Positions 1-9,196 of a stretch of DNA of 64,000 nucleotides are shown here, in pieces. This stretch comes from Candidatus Methanomethylophilaceae archaeon (GTDB lineage: Archaea; Thermoplasmatota; Thermoplasmata; Methanomassiliicoccales; Methanomethylophilaceae). The notes below the pieces were generated by a model, which worked only from the letters and a program-made list of their open reading frames with translations, did not search any database and was not told the origin of the DNA. Each line of letters opens with the position of its first letter. Positions within the stretch are counted from its first letter, which is position 1. Made by a program: the position numbers and the translations under genes. Location of the stretch: positions 1,024,001-1,088,000 of the forward strand of contig JBMNHS010000001.1 in assembly GCA_050950505.1 (NCBI GenBank), read 5' to 3'.

Positions 1-1222
1 AAGGGAGTATGTTGACTATATCTGCAAGGACGCACTCGACAGAGCGATATCCATCGGACTTCCCGACCTTCAGATGGAAACCGAATGGATTTCGCAGATG
101 AGCGAAGCAAGAATATCGATACCTGTCGTCGAAGGACAGAGGGAAATCGCAGAGAAATACCACGAAGAATACGGTATAAACACCGCTGTCAGACACACCA
201 TCCCCGACAAGCGCGACACCGATCACGGAATGCGCGTCGGTCAGGATAAAGTCAACGGCGGACCCGAAATGCTCTTCGAATCCGCGGAAATCGCCTGTGA
301 GAACGGTGCACACGTGTTCTCGGTCGAATCCATGGGAGGAAAGGAACTGGCGGACTATGCCATCACCAACGGTGACATTATCGCTTTCCTTTTCGGAGTG
401 GGCTATCTCGGATCCATCGATATGACTAACATCTGGCAGGAATTCGTCAAGATTTGTAAGAAGAACAACGTTATCCCCGGAGGAGACACAAACTGTTCCG
501 GAGCCAACACCTCCATGTTCATGGCGGGCGGTTACTTGGACAACGATGTTCAGAGGACATTCTCTGCGATAACCAGGGCCATCGCTTCCGCGAGAACCGT
601 GGTTGCGTGGGAATGCGGTGCCGTCGGACCCGACAAGGACTGCGGTTACGAAGGACCCATATGCAAAGCGATTGGGGGCAACCCAACATCTCAGGAAGGA
701 AAACAGTGTCACTGCGCACACTGCGACATCCAGAGCAACCTGATGGCCTCCACCTGCGACCTTTGGTCCAACGAGTCCGTGGAATACCACCCCGAATTCG
801 GAGGTTCCTCGGTACAGTGCTGGCTTGCAACCCTCGGAAACGAAGTTATGCTGATGAACACCTCTATCCAGTTCAAGCAGGACAAAGTCCTTAGGGACCT
901 GTACATGAACGCGGACAGAATCAGAGGGCCTGAGGCATACATTCTCGCTTACGACCACGCATTCGAAATCGGTAAAGCAATCACTGAAAACGGTGACAAT
1001 CTTTATCTCCGTGCGAAGGCCGCCGGTGAGACCGCAGCCAACATAATCCTCAGAGGATACAAGTCCAAGGAACTGCCCCTCACGAGGAAGCAGCTCACTG
1101 TTCTGGAAGACTGCATCAAGCAGTTTGAAGCGCTTCCGGACAACGAGGACGCTTTCGTTGAGATGTGCCTTGAGAAATACAAGGACGTCCCGATGTTCCA
1201 TAAGAACAACTACGGACTCTGA
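1..1222 (+). CDS. mtaB: Methanol:corrinoid methyltransferase MtaB, copy 1 (5' end outside the window)
   Basis: Frame open from base 2 (REYVDYICKDALDRAISIGLPDLQ...). Motifs ESMGGKE, GGDTNCSGANT, GPDKDCGYE, DLWSNESVEYH. Near-identical to 3822-5219. Confidence 0.95.
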   Translation, partial: REYVDYICKDALDRAISIGLPDLQMETEWISQMSEARISIPVVEGQREIAEKYHEEYGINTAVRHTIPDKRDTDHGMRVGQDKVNGGPEMLFESAEIACENGAHVFSVESMGGKELADYAITNGDIIAFLFGVGYLGSIDMTNIWQEFVKICKKNNVIPGGDTNCSGANTSMFMAGGYLDNDVQRTFSAITRAIASARTVVAWECGAVGPDKDCGYEGPICKAIGGNPTSQEGKQCHCAHCDIQSNLMASTCDLWSNESVEYHPEFGGSSVQCWLATLGNEVMLMNTSIQFKQDKVLRDLYMNADRIRGPEAYILAYDHAFEIGKAITENGDNLYLRAKAAGETAANIILRGYKSKELPLTRKQLTVLEDCIKQFEALPDNEDAFVEMCLEKYKDVPMFHKNNYGL

Positions 1223-1240
1223 ACGAAGGGAAAAACACTT

Positions 1241-1269
1241 TGTCCCCGAAAGGGGACATTTATTTTTTT
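1241..1269 (+). terminator. Hairpin plus T-tract after mtaB copy 1
   Basis: TGTCCCC-GAAA-GGGGACA followed by T-rich run, between convergent genes. Confidence 0.65.
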
Positions 1270-1287
1270 AAAAAGTTTCAAACATAA

Positions 1288-1845
1288 TCAGTGATGACGG
1301 TGATTGCCGTCGCAACCGCAGCCTCGGTCATCGTCGTGACTGTGACCGCCGCAACCGCAGCCTCGGTCATCGTCGTGACTGTGACCGCCGCAACCGCAGC
1401 CTCGGTCATCGTCGTGACTGTGACCATGATTGTGGTCGTGACTGTGACCGCCTTCTCTGAATTCGATATCCAAAAAAGTATCTTCCAGAGCATGGAACAT
1501 CATATGATCCAGCTCATGTTTGTCCACATCGAGCACTGCGCACAGAATACTGAATTCGACCTTTTCTGAGGGTTCCAAGACTCCGTGAACTTCAACACCG
1601 TTTTCAAGATCGGTTATGTTCAACGTGATTCCGGTTCCATCCTCCAAATGTATTCCGCATTTGATATGACCGAGGAAAACTCCAGCCTCCTCCTTGACCC
1701 ACTTTGCGATTTCGGTCATGGCACCGACGATTCTCGCCTGAGCGTCCGCATTGAAATTGGTGATGTACCCCATGGTTCCGACGGCGACGCCGCCGGCGTA
1801 ATCCATGGAGTTTTCGTCAAATTTAGCACTGTTGTTTTTTTTCAT
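1288..1845 (-). CDS. Putative metal-binding partner of the CobW-type GTPase, with His/Cys/Asp-rich tail
   Basis: GHIKC motif; C-terminal HSHDDDRGCGC repeats; overlaps the GTPase stop (ATGA coupling). Confidence 0.75.
   Translation of the reverse strand: MKKNNSAKFDENSMDYAGGVAVGTMGYITNFNADAQARIVGAMTEIAKWVKEEAGVFLGHIKCGIHLEDGTGITLNITDLENGVEVHGVLEPSEKVEFSILCAVLDVDKHELDHMMFHALEDTFLDIEFREGGHSHDHNHGHSHDDDRGCGCGGHSHDDDRGCGCGGHSHDDDRGCGCDGNHRHH
1311..1451 (-). repeat. 39-bp tandem repeat (about 3 copies plus a partial) encoding GGHSHDDDRGCGC
   Basis: cgcaaccgcagcctcggtcatcgtcgtgactgtgacc starts at 1311, 1350 and 1389. Confidence 0.95.
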
Positions 1846-2429
1846 TTCATCAACTCGTGGACTTTGTCCATATTTGTTCCTTCTGTCACGGATATGGAGT
1901 AGATAGGTTTATCAGGATATTCGGAGGCCAACCAATCGGTTACTTCCGCAAGTCTTTCAGGAGTTGACAAATCGGATTTATTGATCAGAATGAAATTGCA
2001 TTCATGCATTTGTCTTTTGAAGAAATCCGTTTTTTTGAGAATAAGATCGTCAAATCTTTGGATATCCACTACGCCTATGATGATGGTTTCTTTCTCGTCA
2101 ATCATTGCAATGCGTACAAGATCTTTGACCCTGTGCGGCAATGCCAAACCTGTGGGTTCAATCAAAATAATATCCGGTTTGATATCTTCGGCGATGTTCC
2201 TGAGTCCGTTCTGAAGGGAGCTTGCCAACGTGCAGCATATGCATCCGTTCGGCATTTCAATAGCATCATATCCTTCCCGCTTCATCGTGATTCCGTCAAC
2301 GCCTACTTTTCCTGATTCGTTGACGAGTAAGGCAACCTTCTGGCCTCTGTCGATGTACATGGAAGTTAGGTCTAACATCAGACTGGTTTTTCCGCTGCCG
2401 AGGAATCCGCCCAGAATATATACGTACAT
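1842..2429 (-). CDS. CobW/COG0523-family G3E GTPase (metallochaperone), GTPase domain only
   Basis: GGFLGSGKT Walker A, VNESG, GCICC metal motif, EPTG, NKSD. Confidence 0.9.
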   Translation of the reverse strand: MYVYILGGFLGSGKTSLMLDLTSMYIDRGQKVALLVNESGKVGVDGITMKREGYDAIEMPNGCICCTLASSLQNGLRNIAEDIKPDIILIEPTGLALPHRVKDLVRIAMIDEKETIIIGVVDIQRFDDLILKKTDFFKRQMHECNFILINKSDLSTPERLAEVTDWLASEYPDKPIYSISVTEGTNMDKVHELMK

Positions 2430-3034
2430 AGGAGGGGTACCATACAAATTGTATTTATGTATTCACTAACGCCGTATACTTACTTTGAACGGTGTGAAAA
2501 CACATCGTTTCATCGGAACAATCCGTGACTCCGCAAGGATGAAACAACTTCATTGTTTTGTTTCCGAATCAACAGGAGATCCGATATATTTTGTCTGTGT
2601 GTGTCGAATTTTCTTTTTCAACCGATGTGAAACCTTTCGATCCATAGTTATCAAAATGTCATTCTTTATATGTAAAAATCCAATAATTTCCTTTTAAACA
2701 GAGGATTTGCCATCGGAATTTAAAATTTACAATAGATATTTTTATATGCCCATTCTATCCAAATTTGATAAAACAATATTTTCAGAAGACTTTAGCAACG
2801 GTATTCAAACATAAATAATTCAGATCCTGCTCCTGTTCCGTCATTAAATAAATTTTGCTGGGTATGGGGCGCGACAAACATTTTTCAAGTTATTAATAAG
2901 TTGCTTTCGGGGTTTATTCGAGATATGGCAAAAAAACATCATTATTTGCATGGATATAACATCCATCTCACTTAACTATTATTATAAACATACTTTACCC
3001 GCGTTGGGGCTGAGGCCCCCAGGAGGAAAAAAAT

Positions 3035-3820
3035 ATGCTAAGCAATAAAGGCGTAGATTATGGCATGATCCTCAAAAGGTACGATATCGACCTTCAGGTC
3101 GAAATCACACCTGAGGAAAGAGCCAAAAGCATGCTACCCGAAGACCCGGTTTTCAGAAAGGTTGCCGAAGAAGTCTTGTACATGAGGTTGAAGACTGTTG
3201 TCCCGACCGTCGTTGAGGCTTTGAAAGAACGAGACCCCCTCGATGTCATCAACGAAGGGTTGGTTGCCGGTATGGAAATCGTTTCAAAACTTTACGCAGA
3301 GCACGTCTATTATCTGCCCGAAATTATGATGGCCGCCAAAGCCATGGAAATCGGAACCGCCCTTGCCGAGAAGAACCTCGAAGGCGGAAAGATGAAGATG
3401 AAGGCCGATGTGATCATGCACACCGCCGAAGGTGACGTGCACGACATCGGAAAGAACATCGCGGTCATCATGACCCGCGCCGCAGGTTACGAGATTATCG
3501 ATATGGGTAAAGATGTCCCTGTTGACGACGTTGTCGCCAAAGCCGAGGAAGTCAAACCCCTGTTCGTTTCCGGAACCGCACTGATGACAACCACAATGTC
3601 TGCATTCCCGAGAATCGCCGCCAAGTTCGTTGAGAAGGGACTCGAGATACCCCTCATGGGCTGCGGTGGAGCTGTGAACAGAGACTATTCCAACTCCTAC
3701 GATCTCGGAATCTATTCTGACAAAGCATCCCAGACTCCGCTCATTGCGGAAAAGTTGCTCTCCGGATATGACTGGAAGAAAGTCAGGGAAGAATGGGACA
3801 ACATCGTGAGAGGTGAGTGA
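3035..3820 (+). CDS. mtaC: Methanol corrinoid protein MtaC
   Basis: B12-binding EGDVHDIGKNI and SGTALMTTT; strong SD AGGAGG; directly upstream of mtaB. Confidence 0.95.
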   Translation: MLSNKGVDYGMILKRYDIDLQVEITPEERAKSMLPEDPVFRKVAEEVLYMRLKTVVPTVVEALKERDPLDVINEGLVAGMEIVSKLYAEHVYYLPEIMMAAKAMEIGTALAEKNLEGGKMKMKADVIMHTAEGDVHDIGKNIAVIMTRAAGYEIIDMGKDVPVDDVVAKAEEVKPLFVSGTALMTTTMSAFPRIAAKFVEKGLEIPLMGCGGAVNRDYSNSYDLGIYSDKASQTPLIAEKLLSGYDWKKVREEWDNIVRGE

Positions 3821-3821
3821 A

Positions 3822-5219
3822 ATGTCTATAAAAAGATACACAAAAATGGCTTATGACAACCCCGACGATTTGATATTCGGACGCGCTAAGCACCCCATAT
3901 CCTACGGATACGGAATAAAATTGGGTGCGGGCAAAGTCATAACCGAAATCAACTATGCGCCCCGTCCCGGTACGGAAAAGGATGCAAAGACTCTGACAAG
4001 GGAATATGTTGATTACATCAGCAAAGACGCACTTGACAGGGCAATATCCATCGGACTTCCCGACCTTCAGTTGGAAACCGAATGGGTTTCGCAGATGAGC
4101 GAAGCGAAAATCTCAGCACCCGTTGTCGAAGGACAGAGGGAAATCACTGAGAGATACCACGAAGAATACGGTATCAACACAGCAGTCAGACACACCATCC
4201 CCGACAAGCGTGACACCGACAACGGTATGCGCGTCGGTCAGGACAAAGTCAACGGCGGACCCGAAATGCTTTTCGAATCCGCTGAAATTGCCTGTGAAAA
4301 CGGTGCAGATGTGTTCTCCGTCGAATCCATCGGCGGAAAAGAAATGGCAGACTTTGCTATCACCAACGGTGACATCGTAGCTTTCCTTTTCGGAGTCGGT
4401 TATCTCGGATCTCTCGACATGACCTACATCTGGCCTGAATTCGTCGACATATGCAAGAAGAACAACGTTATCCCCGGAGGAGACACAAACTGCTCCGGAG
4501 CCAACACCTCCATGTTCATGGCGGGCGGCTACTTGGACAACGATGTTCAGAGGACCTTCTCCGCAATCACCAGGGCAATCTCGGCCGCAAGAACCGTTGT
4601 TGCTTGGGAATGCGGTGCCGTCGGACCCGACAAGGACTGCGGTTACGAAGGACCCATCTGTAAAGCCATTGCGGGTAAGCCCACATCTCAGGAAGGAAAA
4701 CAGTGTCACTGCGCACACTGCGACATCCAGAGCAACCTGATGGCCTCCACCTGCGACCTTTGGTCCAACGAGTCCGTGGAATACCACCCCGAATTCGGAG
4801 GTTCCTCGGTACAGTGCTGGCTTGCAACCCTCGGAAACGAAGTTATGCTGATGAACACCTCCATTCAGTTCAACCAGGACAAAGTCCTCAGAGATCTGTA
4901 TATGCAGGCTGACAGGGTCAGAGGCCCCGAAGCATACATCCTCGCTTACGACCACGCATTCGAAATCGGTAAAGCAATCACCGAAAACGGTGACGACCTC
5001 TACCTCCGTGCGAAGGCCGCCGGTGAGACCGCAGCCAACATAATCCTCAGAGGATACAAGTCCAAGGAACTGCTCCTTACCAGGAAGCAGCTCACTGTTT
5101 TGGAAGACAGCATCAAGCAGTTTGAAGCGCTTCCGGACAACGAGGACGCTTTCGTTGAGATGTGCCTTGAGAAATACAAGGACGTCCCGATGTTCCACAA
5201 GAACAACTACGGATTCTGA
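3822..5219 (+). CDS. mtaB: Methanol:corrinoid methyltransferase MtaB, copy 2
   Basis: KRYTKMAYDNPDDLIFG N-terminus and the same motifs as copy 1. Confidence 0.95.
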   Translation: MSIKRYTKMAYDNPDDLIFGRAKHPISYGYGIKLGAGKVITEINYAPRPGTEKDAKTLTREYVDYISKDALDRAISIGLPDLQLETEWVSQMSEAKISAPVVEGQREITERYHEEYGINTAVRHTIPDKRDTDNGMRVGQDKVNGGPEMLFESAEIACENGADVFSVESIGGKEMADFAITNGDIVAFLFGVGYLGSLDMTYIWPEFVDICKKNNVIPGGDTNCSGANTSMFMAGGYLDNDVQRTFSAITRAISAARTVVAWECGAVGPDKDCGYEGPICKAIAGKPTSQEGKQCHCAHCDIQSNLMASTCDLWSNESVEYHPEFGGSSVQCWLATLGNEVMLMNTSIQFNQDKVLRDLYMQADRVRGPEAYILAYDHAFEIGKAITENGDDLYLRAKAAGETAANIILRGYKSKELLLTRKQLTVLEDSIKQFEALPDNEDAFVEMCLEKYKDVPMFHKNNYGF

Positions 5220-5241
5220 GCGAAACACAATAAAACATTTA

Positions 5242-5257
5242 GCCCCCGCAAGGGGGC
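5242..5257 (+). terminator. Hairpin after mtaB copy 2
   Basis: GCCCCC-GCAA-GGGGGC. Confidence 0.6.
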
Positions 5258-5360
5258 ACCTCTTAATTTTCAATTCCGGTCCGTGAGAGAAAATTATCTG
5301 ACGGAACGATTATCATTTCCATCTCACGGAGACTTCCGATTGAACGGGGTTTTTAAAATT

Positions 5361-5468
5361 CAAAGGATGGGAAAACAGCCGTAAGGCCGAGAAGGTGTGA
5401 AAACGCATCCGTCCCTCACCCGTCCGTGAGGCCCTTGACCGAATACCCGGCCGAAACCGTACACAACT
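5361..5468 (-). ncRNA. Candidate structured small RNA (strand uncertain)
   Basis: GC-rich island in an AT-rich spacer; minus-strand TTTAAATA box at 5500-5493; nested stems ACGGTT/GGCTGT, GGCCGGG/CTCGGCC, CCTCAC/GTGAGG. Confidence 0.35.
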
Positions 5469-5674
5469 TCTGACACATAATCATACTACATATATTTAAA
5501 ACTAATATTTATACAATATATAGATTTTTTATTTCAGTATATAGTTATGAACCCGCGGTCAAGATCGGAACGGATTCATTCCATTAAATCCGAACAAGTC
5601 GCACCGTACCGATATATATTAACAATATCGCTTTTGTGTCAGGTACCCGAAGTGTACCGACAGGGAGCCGATTT

Positions 5675-5803
5675 ATGATTTCAAACACAAAATTTTATGG
5701 AATATTTTTAAAAATGAAGGAAAATGAAATACTTCTGAAAGAACGGGAAGTCAAGGCATTGGAAACCATAGCGGAGTCACTGAAAGAGATTGCAAAGAAA
5801 TAA
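5675..5803 (+). CDS. Possible small peptide (42 aa; 29 aa from ATG 5714)
   Basis: GGGAG upstream; MISNTKFYGIFLKMKENEILLKEREVKALETIAESLKEIAKK, amphipathic helix-like. Confidence 0.3.
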   Translation: MISNTKFYGIFLKMKENEILLKEREVKALETIAESLKEIAKK

Positions 5804-5931
5804 TCTGACACAGTTAATCCAATAACAAATCTATCTCGGGCAATCCTTGCGGATGATGAAATAAACATCGCTGATGATTTTCAATCAAGATATTTTTGTA
5901 TTCCAGGAAAGCCGTCGGAAGGGAAAGGTAA

Positions 5932-6008
5932 TGGTGGACAAGGCGAGATTTGAACTCGCGGCTTCTTCGTTGCGAACGAAGCGATCTGCCGGGCTGATCT
6001 ACTTGCCC
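5932..6008 (-). tRNA. tRNA-Ala (anticodon CGC), CCA encoded
   Basis: GGGCAAGTAGATCAGCCCGGCAGATCG CTTCG-TTCGCAA-CGAAG AAGCC GCGAG-TTCAAAT-CTCGC CTTGTCCACCA; G3:U70 Ala identity pair. Confidence 0.95.
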
Positions 6009-6196
6009 ATTAGAATCTGTGATTCTGACGTAGGATATAAACCATTTGCATGATTTGGGGAATGAGCCTTTTTCAACATTCTTGAGGGTATGCATTCATC
6101 GCATAAGAATAACAAGAATGTAATATTGGGGTAACACGATTTGAAACTCAGTAATAACATTCAAGTACTTGCCGCGTAATTTCTTTTCCTGATTCC

Positions 6197-6988
6197 ATGG
6201 CGTTCTACAATGTGACGTATAATGAGAAGCACGACTTCGCCACCGTACACAATTACGGATGCACGTTCAAATGTCCCATATGCAGTTACAAATTACGTAG
6301 CGGCCCGGAAGGAAGACCGGGATTGGCATATCCCCGTCCGGAATCCTTCCTCACTCCCGAAGAGGTTGAAAACGCTCTCATTTCCGTCATGCCTTCCAAA
6401 GTAAATTTCATGGGCGGAGAACCCACGGTATCCAAAGATTTGCCGCGGATTCTCAAATTTGTCAAAGACACTCTAGGTGCAACCACATCATTGGGACACA
6501 CCAACGGGTGCAATCTTTCATTGGAAAACATCGATTCCGCCAATGTAGGGTTGAAGGCATGGTATGAAGACGTTCATTTGCATCTGACGGGACTTCCCAA
6601 GGAAAAAATTTACGGGGAAGTAGAATCCGCCGTTGAAAGGGGAATGGATGTTTCTGCGAACATCATTTACATCCCTGACTATGTGGACACCGATCAGATA
6701 GAACTCACCGCCGAATTTCTGAGTTCGATAGGTGTGACCAAATTTCATATCATGGGGTACATACCCGTTCCGGGACAGGATTACAGAAGACCGACCATCA
6801 ACGAAATGGAACATGCCCGCAACATGGCAAGAAAATATATCCCGGACACGGGATATTCTCACATGACTCCCGAAGAAGTTCTGTCTTTGGACAGGGAGGA
6901 CGATCGGTTTGACGTGCGCATCATCGCGGGAACCGACGCCATAAGAGGCATCTCCAAGAAAAACGTTGAAACAGTATCAATCCGTTGA
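6197..6988 (+). CDS. Radical SAM protein (activase-like)
   Basis: GCTFKCPICSY (CxxxCxxC), FMGGEPT, HTNG. Confidence 0.9.
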   Translation: MAFYNVTYNEKHDFATVHNYGCTFKCPICSYKLRSGPEGRPGLAYPRPESFLTPEEVENALISVMPSKVNFMGGEPTVSKDLPRILKFVKDTLGATTSLGHTNGCNLSLENIDSANVGLKAWYEDVHLHLTGLPKEKIYGEVESAVERGMDVSANIIYIPDYVDTDQIELTAEFLSSIGVTKFHIMGYIPVPGQDYRRPTINEMEHARNMARKYIPDTGYSHMTPEEVLSLDREDDRFDVRIIAGTDAIRGISKKNVETVSIR

Positions 6989-7026
6989 CATAAATACTAT
7001 TAATCTTGTAATCCTTCTTTGCATTC

Positions 7027-7434
7027 ATGGCTATAAAAGGCATGAGCAAAGAAGTACAGGAAGCGATGGAAAAACAAAAAATATTCCCTTTTGCCACCGC
7101 ATCCAAAGACGGGGTTCCCAATGTGGTTCCCATAGGATTCCTTTTTGAAGGAAGGGACGGAAACATTTGGGTAATAGACAATTACATGGACAAATCACTG
7201 AAGAATGTCCGCGAGAACCCGAAGGCATCGTTTTACATCTGGGAGCAGGGTTTCAAACAGAGCTACCAGGTAAAATGCTCCGTAATCGTGGAAGATTCAG
7301 GGGACGATTATCAGTTCGCCGTAGATTTCGCCCACGAAAAGAAGGAAACATATCCCGCCAAGACTCTTATGAAACTTGTCGTCGATGACGTATACTACGT
7401 TACCCCCGGCGAGAACGCGGGAAAGAAACTCTGA
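7027..7434 (+). CDS. Pyridoxamine 5'-phosphate oxidase-like FMN-binding protein
   Basis: FATASKDGVPNVVPI, KSLKNVRENPKA, SYQVK. Confidence 0.85.
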   Translation: MAIKGMSKEVQEAMEKQKIFPFATASKDGVPNVVPIGFLFEGRDGNIWVIDNYMDKSLKNVRENPKASFYIWEQGFKQSYQVKCSVIVEDSGDDYQFAVDFAHEKKETYPAKTLMKLVVDDVYYVTPGENAGKKL

Positions 7435-7641
7435 TCAGTCTTTGTCAGACCCGTCATCGGATTCAAGATCCGAATCCCTGACGGTATAGGTGTATCCCCA
7501 CCCCATAAGGGTTCCGAAGGGTATTATGAAGATATACTTCAGCGAAGGGTCCAGATAGTAGAATATCGTGAATACGACAATTCCCACTATGGTTCCGAAT
7601 ATCGCTGATTGTTTCAGTCTGAATTTCCTGTCCGACATCAT
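7435..7641 (-). CDS. Small two-TM membrane protein
   Basis: Two hydrophobic segments; coupled to the purB stop. Confidence 0.6.
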   Translation of the reverse strand: MMSDRKFRLKQSAIFGTIVGIVVFTIFYYLDPSLKYIFIIPFGTLMGWGYTYTVRDSDLESDDGSDKD

Positions 7642-9005
7642 CACACCTTTCTGTTCAGGGCCTTCTCCGCGGCCGCTACCATGCGGTCGGTGATTTCCCC
7701 GGAACCTCCGGTATAACCGGCGGGATCCATGACTTCCATTATTTCTTCGGAAGTCAAAACCCCTTTCAGTTCCTTTGTTTCAAGCAGAACATCCCTCAAT
7801 TGACGGTTTTCATCAATCGCCGTCATCGATGCTTTGCGCAATACTTCATGAGCATCCTGTCTTCCCATTCCTTTCTCGGTAAGTTTCATCATGACGGGTT
7901 CGGCCATAATCAAACCCTTGGAAAGCTCGATGTTTCTGAGCATGTTGTCGGCGTGAACAACCATGCCGTCGAAAATGTAATTCGTTTTCTTCAGCATTTC
8001 GTCCAAAAGTGCGAAGACATGCGGCAGCGTGAAACGCTCGGAAGAGGAATTGGAAAGATCTCTTTCATGCCACAGTACCTGACATTCGAAGGTCGGAGTC
8101 ACAAATCCCCTGAGGATTCTGGCAAGTCCGCATACATTTTCCGAGTTTATCGGATTGCGCTTATGCGCCATGGTCGAACTTCCGACCTGTTTCTTTTCAT
8201 CGAACGCCTCGGAAACTTCGGAGAGTTCAGATCTCTGAAGGTTCCTCACTTCCGTGCAGTAACGTTCCAAAGACGTAGCGATGTTTGCCATGAGACAAAT
8301 CAGTTCGGTATACCTGTCCCTTCCCACCACCTGCGTTGCGGCGGGTTCGTATTCCAAACCGAGATTATTCATGACGGTTTCCTGAATTTTAAAGAAATTC
8401 TTTCCCAAAGCGGCCCCGGTTCCCACGGCACCGGCCATTTTGCCCGCGCAGGCTCTGGGCCTCACTTCCTTGAGGCGCTCCCTGTGTCTGAGCATTTCAG
8501 CGACGTATCCTGAAATTTTGAATCCGAATGTAATCGGAATGGCGAACTGAGCGTGGGTTCTTCCGACTTCGAGAGTGTCCCTTTCACGTTTGGCCAATCC
8601 GGCCAAAGTGTATATCAGAGTGTCCACGCCGTCATCTATGATGTCCAACGCGTCTTTTATCTGAAGGGCGGTGGCGGTATCGACGATGTCGTTGGACGTA
8701 GCGCCCAAATGAATGTATTTGCCCGCATCCCCCGAACATTGTTCCGTCATTGCCTTGACCATGGCCATGAGATCGTGTCTGGTTTCAGCCTCGATTTCCT
8801 TTACTCTTTCGGGCTTGACAAATTCCAAAGTGGATATTCTGCAGATCTCTTCGGCATCTTCCGCAGGTATGGTTCCCAGGGAAGCGTGGGCTTTTGCAAG
8901 AGCGGCTTCAACATCCATCTGATACTGGAGACGGCTATCGGCGTAGAATATGGACTTCATATCCTCATGACCGTATCTGTAATCCAGGGGACATAGTTCT
9001 TTCAT
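7641..9005 (-). CDS. purB: Adenylosuccinate lyase
   Basis: CPLDYRY, IHLGATSNDI, GSSTMAHKRNPINSE signature. Confidence 0.97.
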   Translation of the reverse strand: MKELCPLDYRYGHEDMKSIFYADSRLQYQMDVEAALAKAHASLGTIPAEDAEEICRISTLEFVKPERVKEIEAETRHDLMAMVKAMTEQCSGDAGKYIHLGATSNDIVDTATALQIKDALDIIDDGVDTLIYTLAGLAKRERDTLEVGRTHAQFAIPITFGFKISGYVAEMLRHRERLKEVRPRACAGKMAGAVGTGAALGKNFFKIQETVMNNLGLEYEPAATQVVGRDRYTELICLMANIATSLERYCTEVRNLQRSELSEVSEAFDEKKQVGSSTMAHKRNPINSENVCGLARILRGFVTPTFECQVLWHERDLSNSSSERFTLPHVFALLDEMLKKTNYIFDGMVVHADNMLRNIELSKGLIMAEPVMMKLTEKGMGRQDAHEVLRKASMTAIDENRQLRDVLLETKELKGVLTSEEIMEVMDPAGYTGGSGEITDRMVAAAEKALNRKV

Positions 9006-9196
9006 AGTGAATCATGTCTGTGAGTGTATCAGATTATTTATAAGTGATTAGGATAGCAGGTCTCAGTCAAATGAACAGAATCCCAAGTGCGCATTCGTAC
9101 GTTTATAAGAGAAAATCTTATAAGGGAATTGTTTCATTGACCGATATTAAGTGGATTATGCTTTTCTCATAATCAGTCGAACACGAGTGTGGATTT

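Noticed and set aside
1311-1451. CRISPR-like repeat
   Set aside because: No spacers; the unit is a multiple of 3 and lies inside a coding His-rich tail.
4113-5273. Long antisense ORFs (also 35022-36572, 39405-40709, 26775-27734, 48982-50043)
   Set aside because: Shadow frames of well-supported genes; no recognisable motifs.
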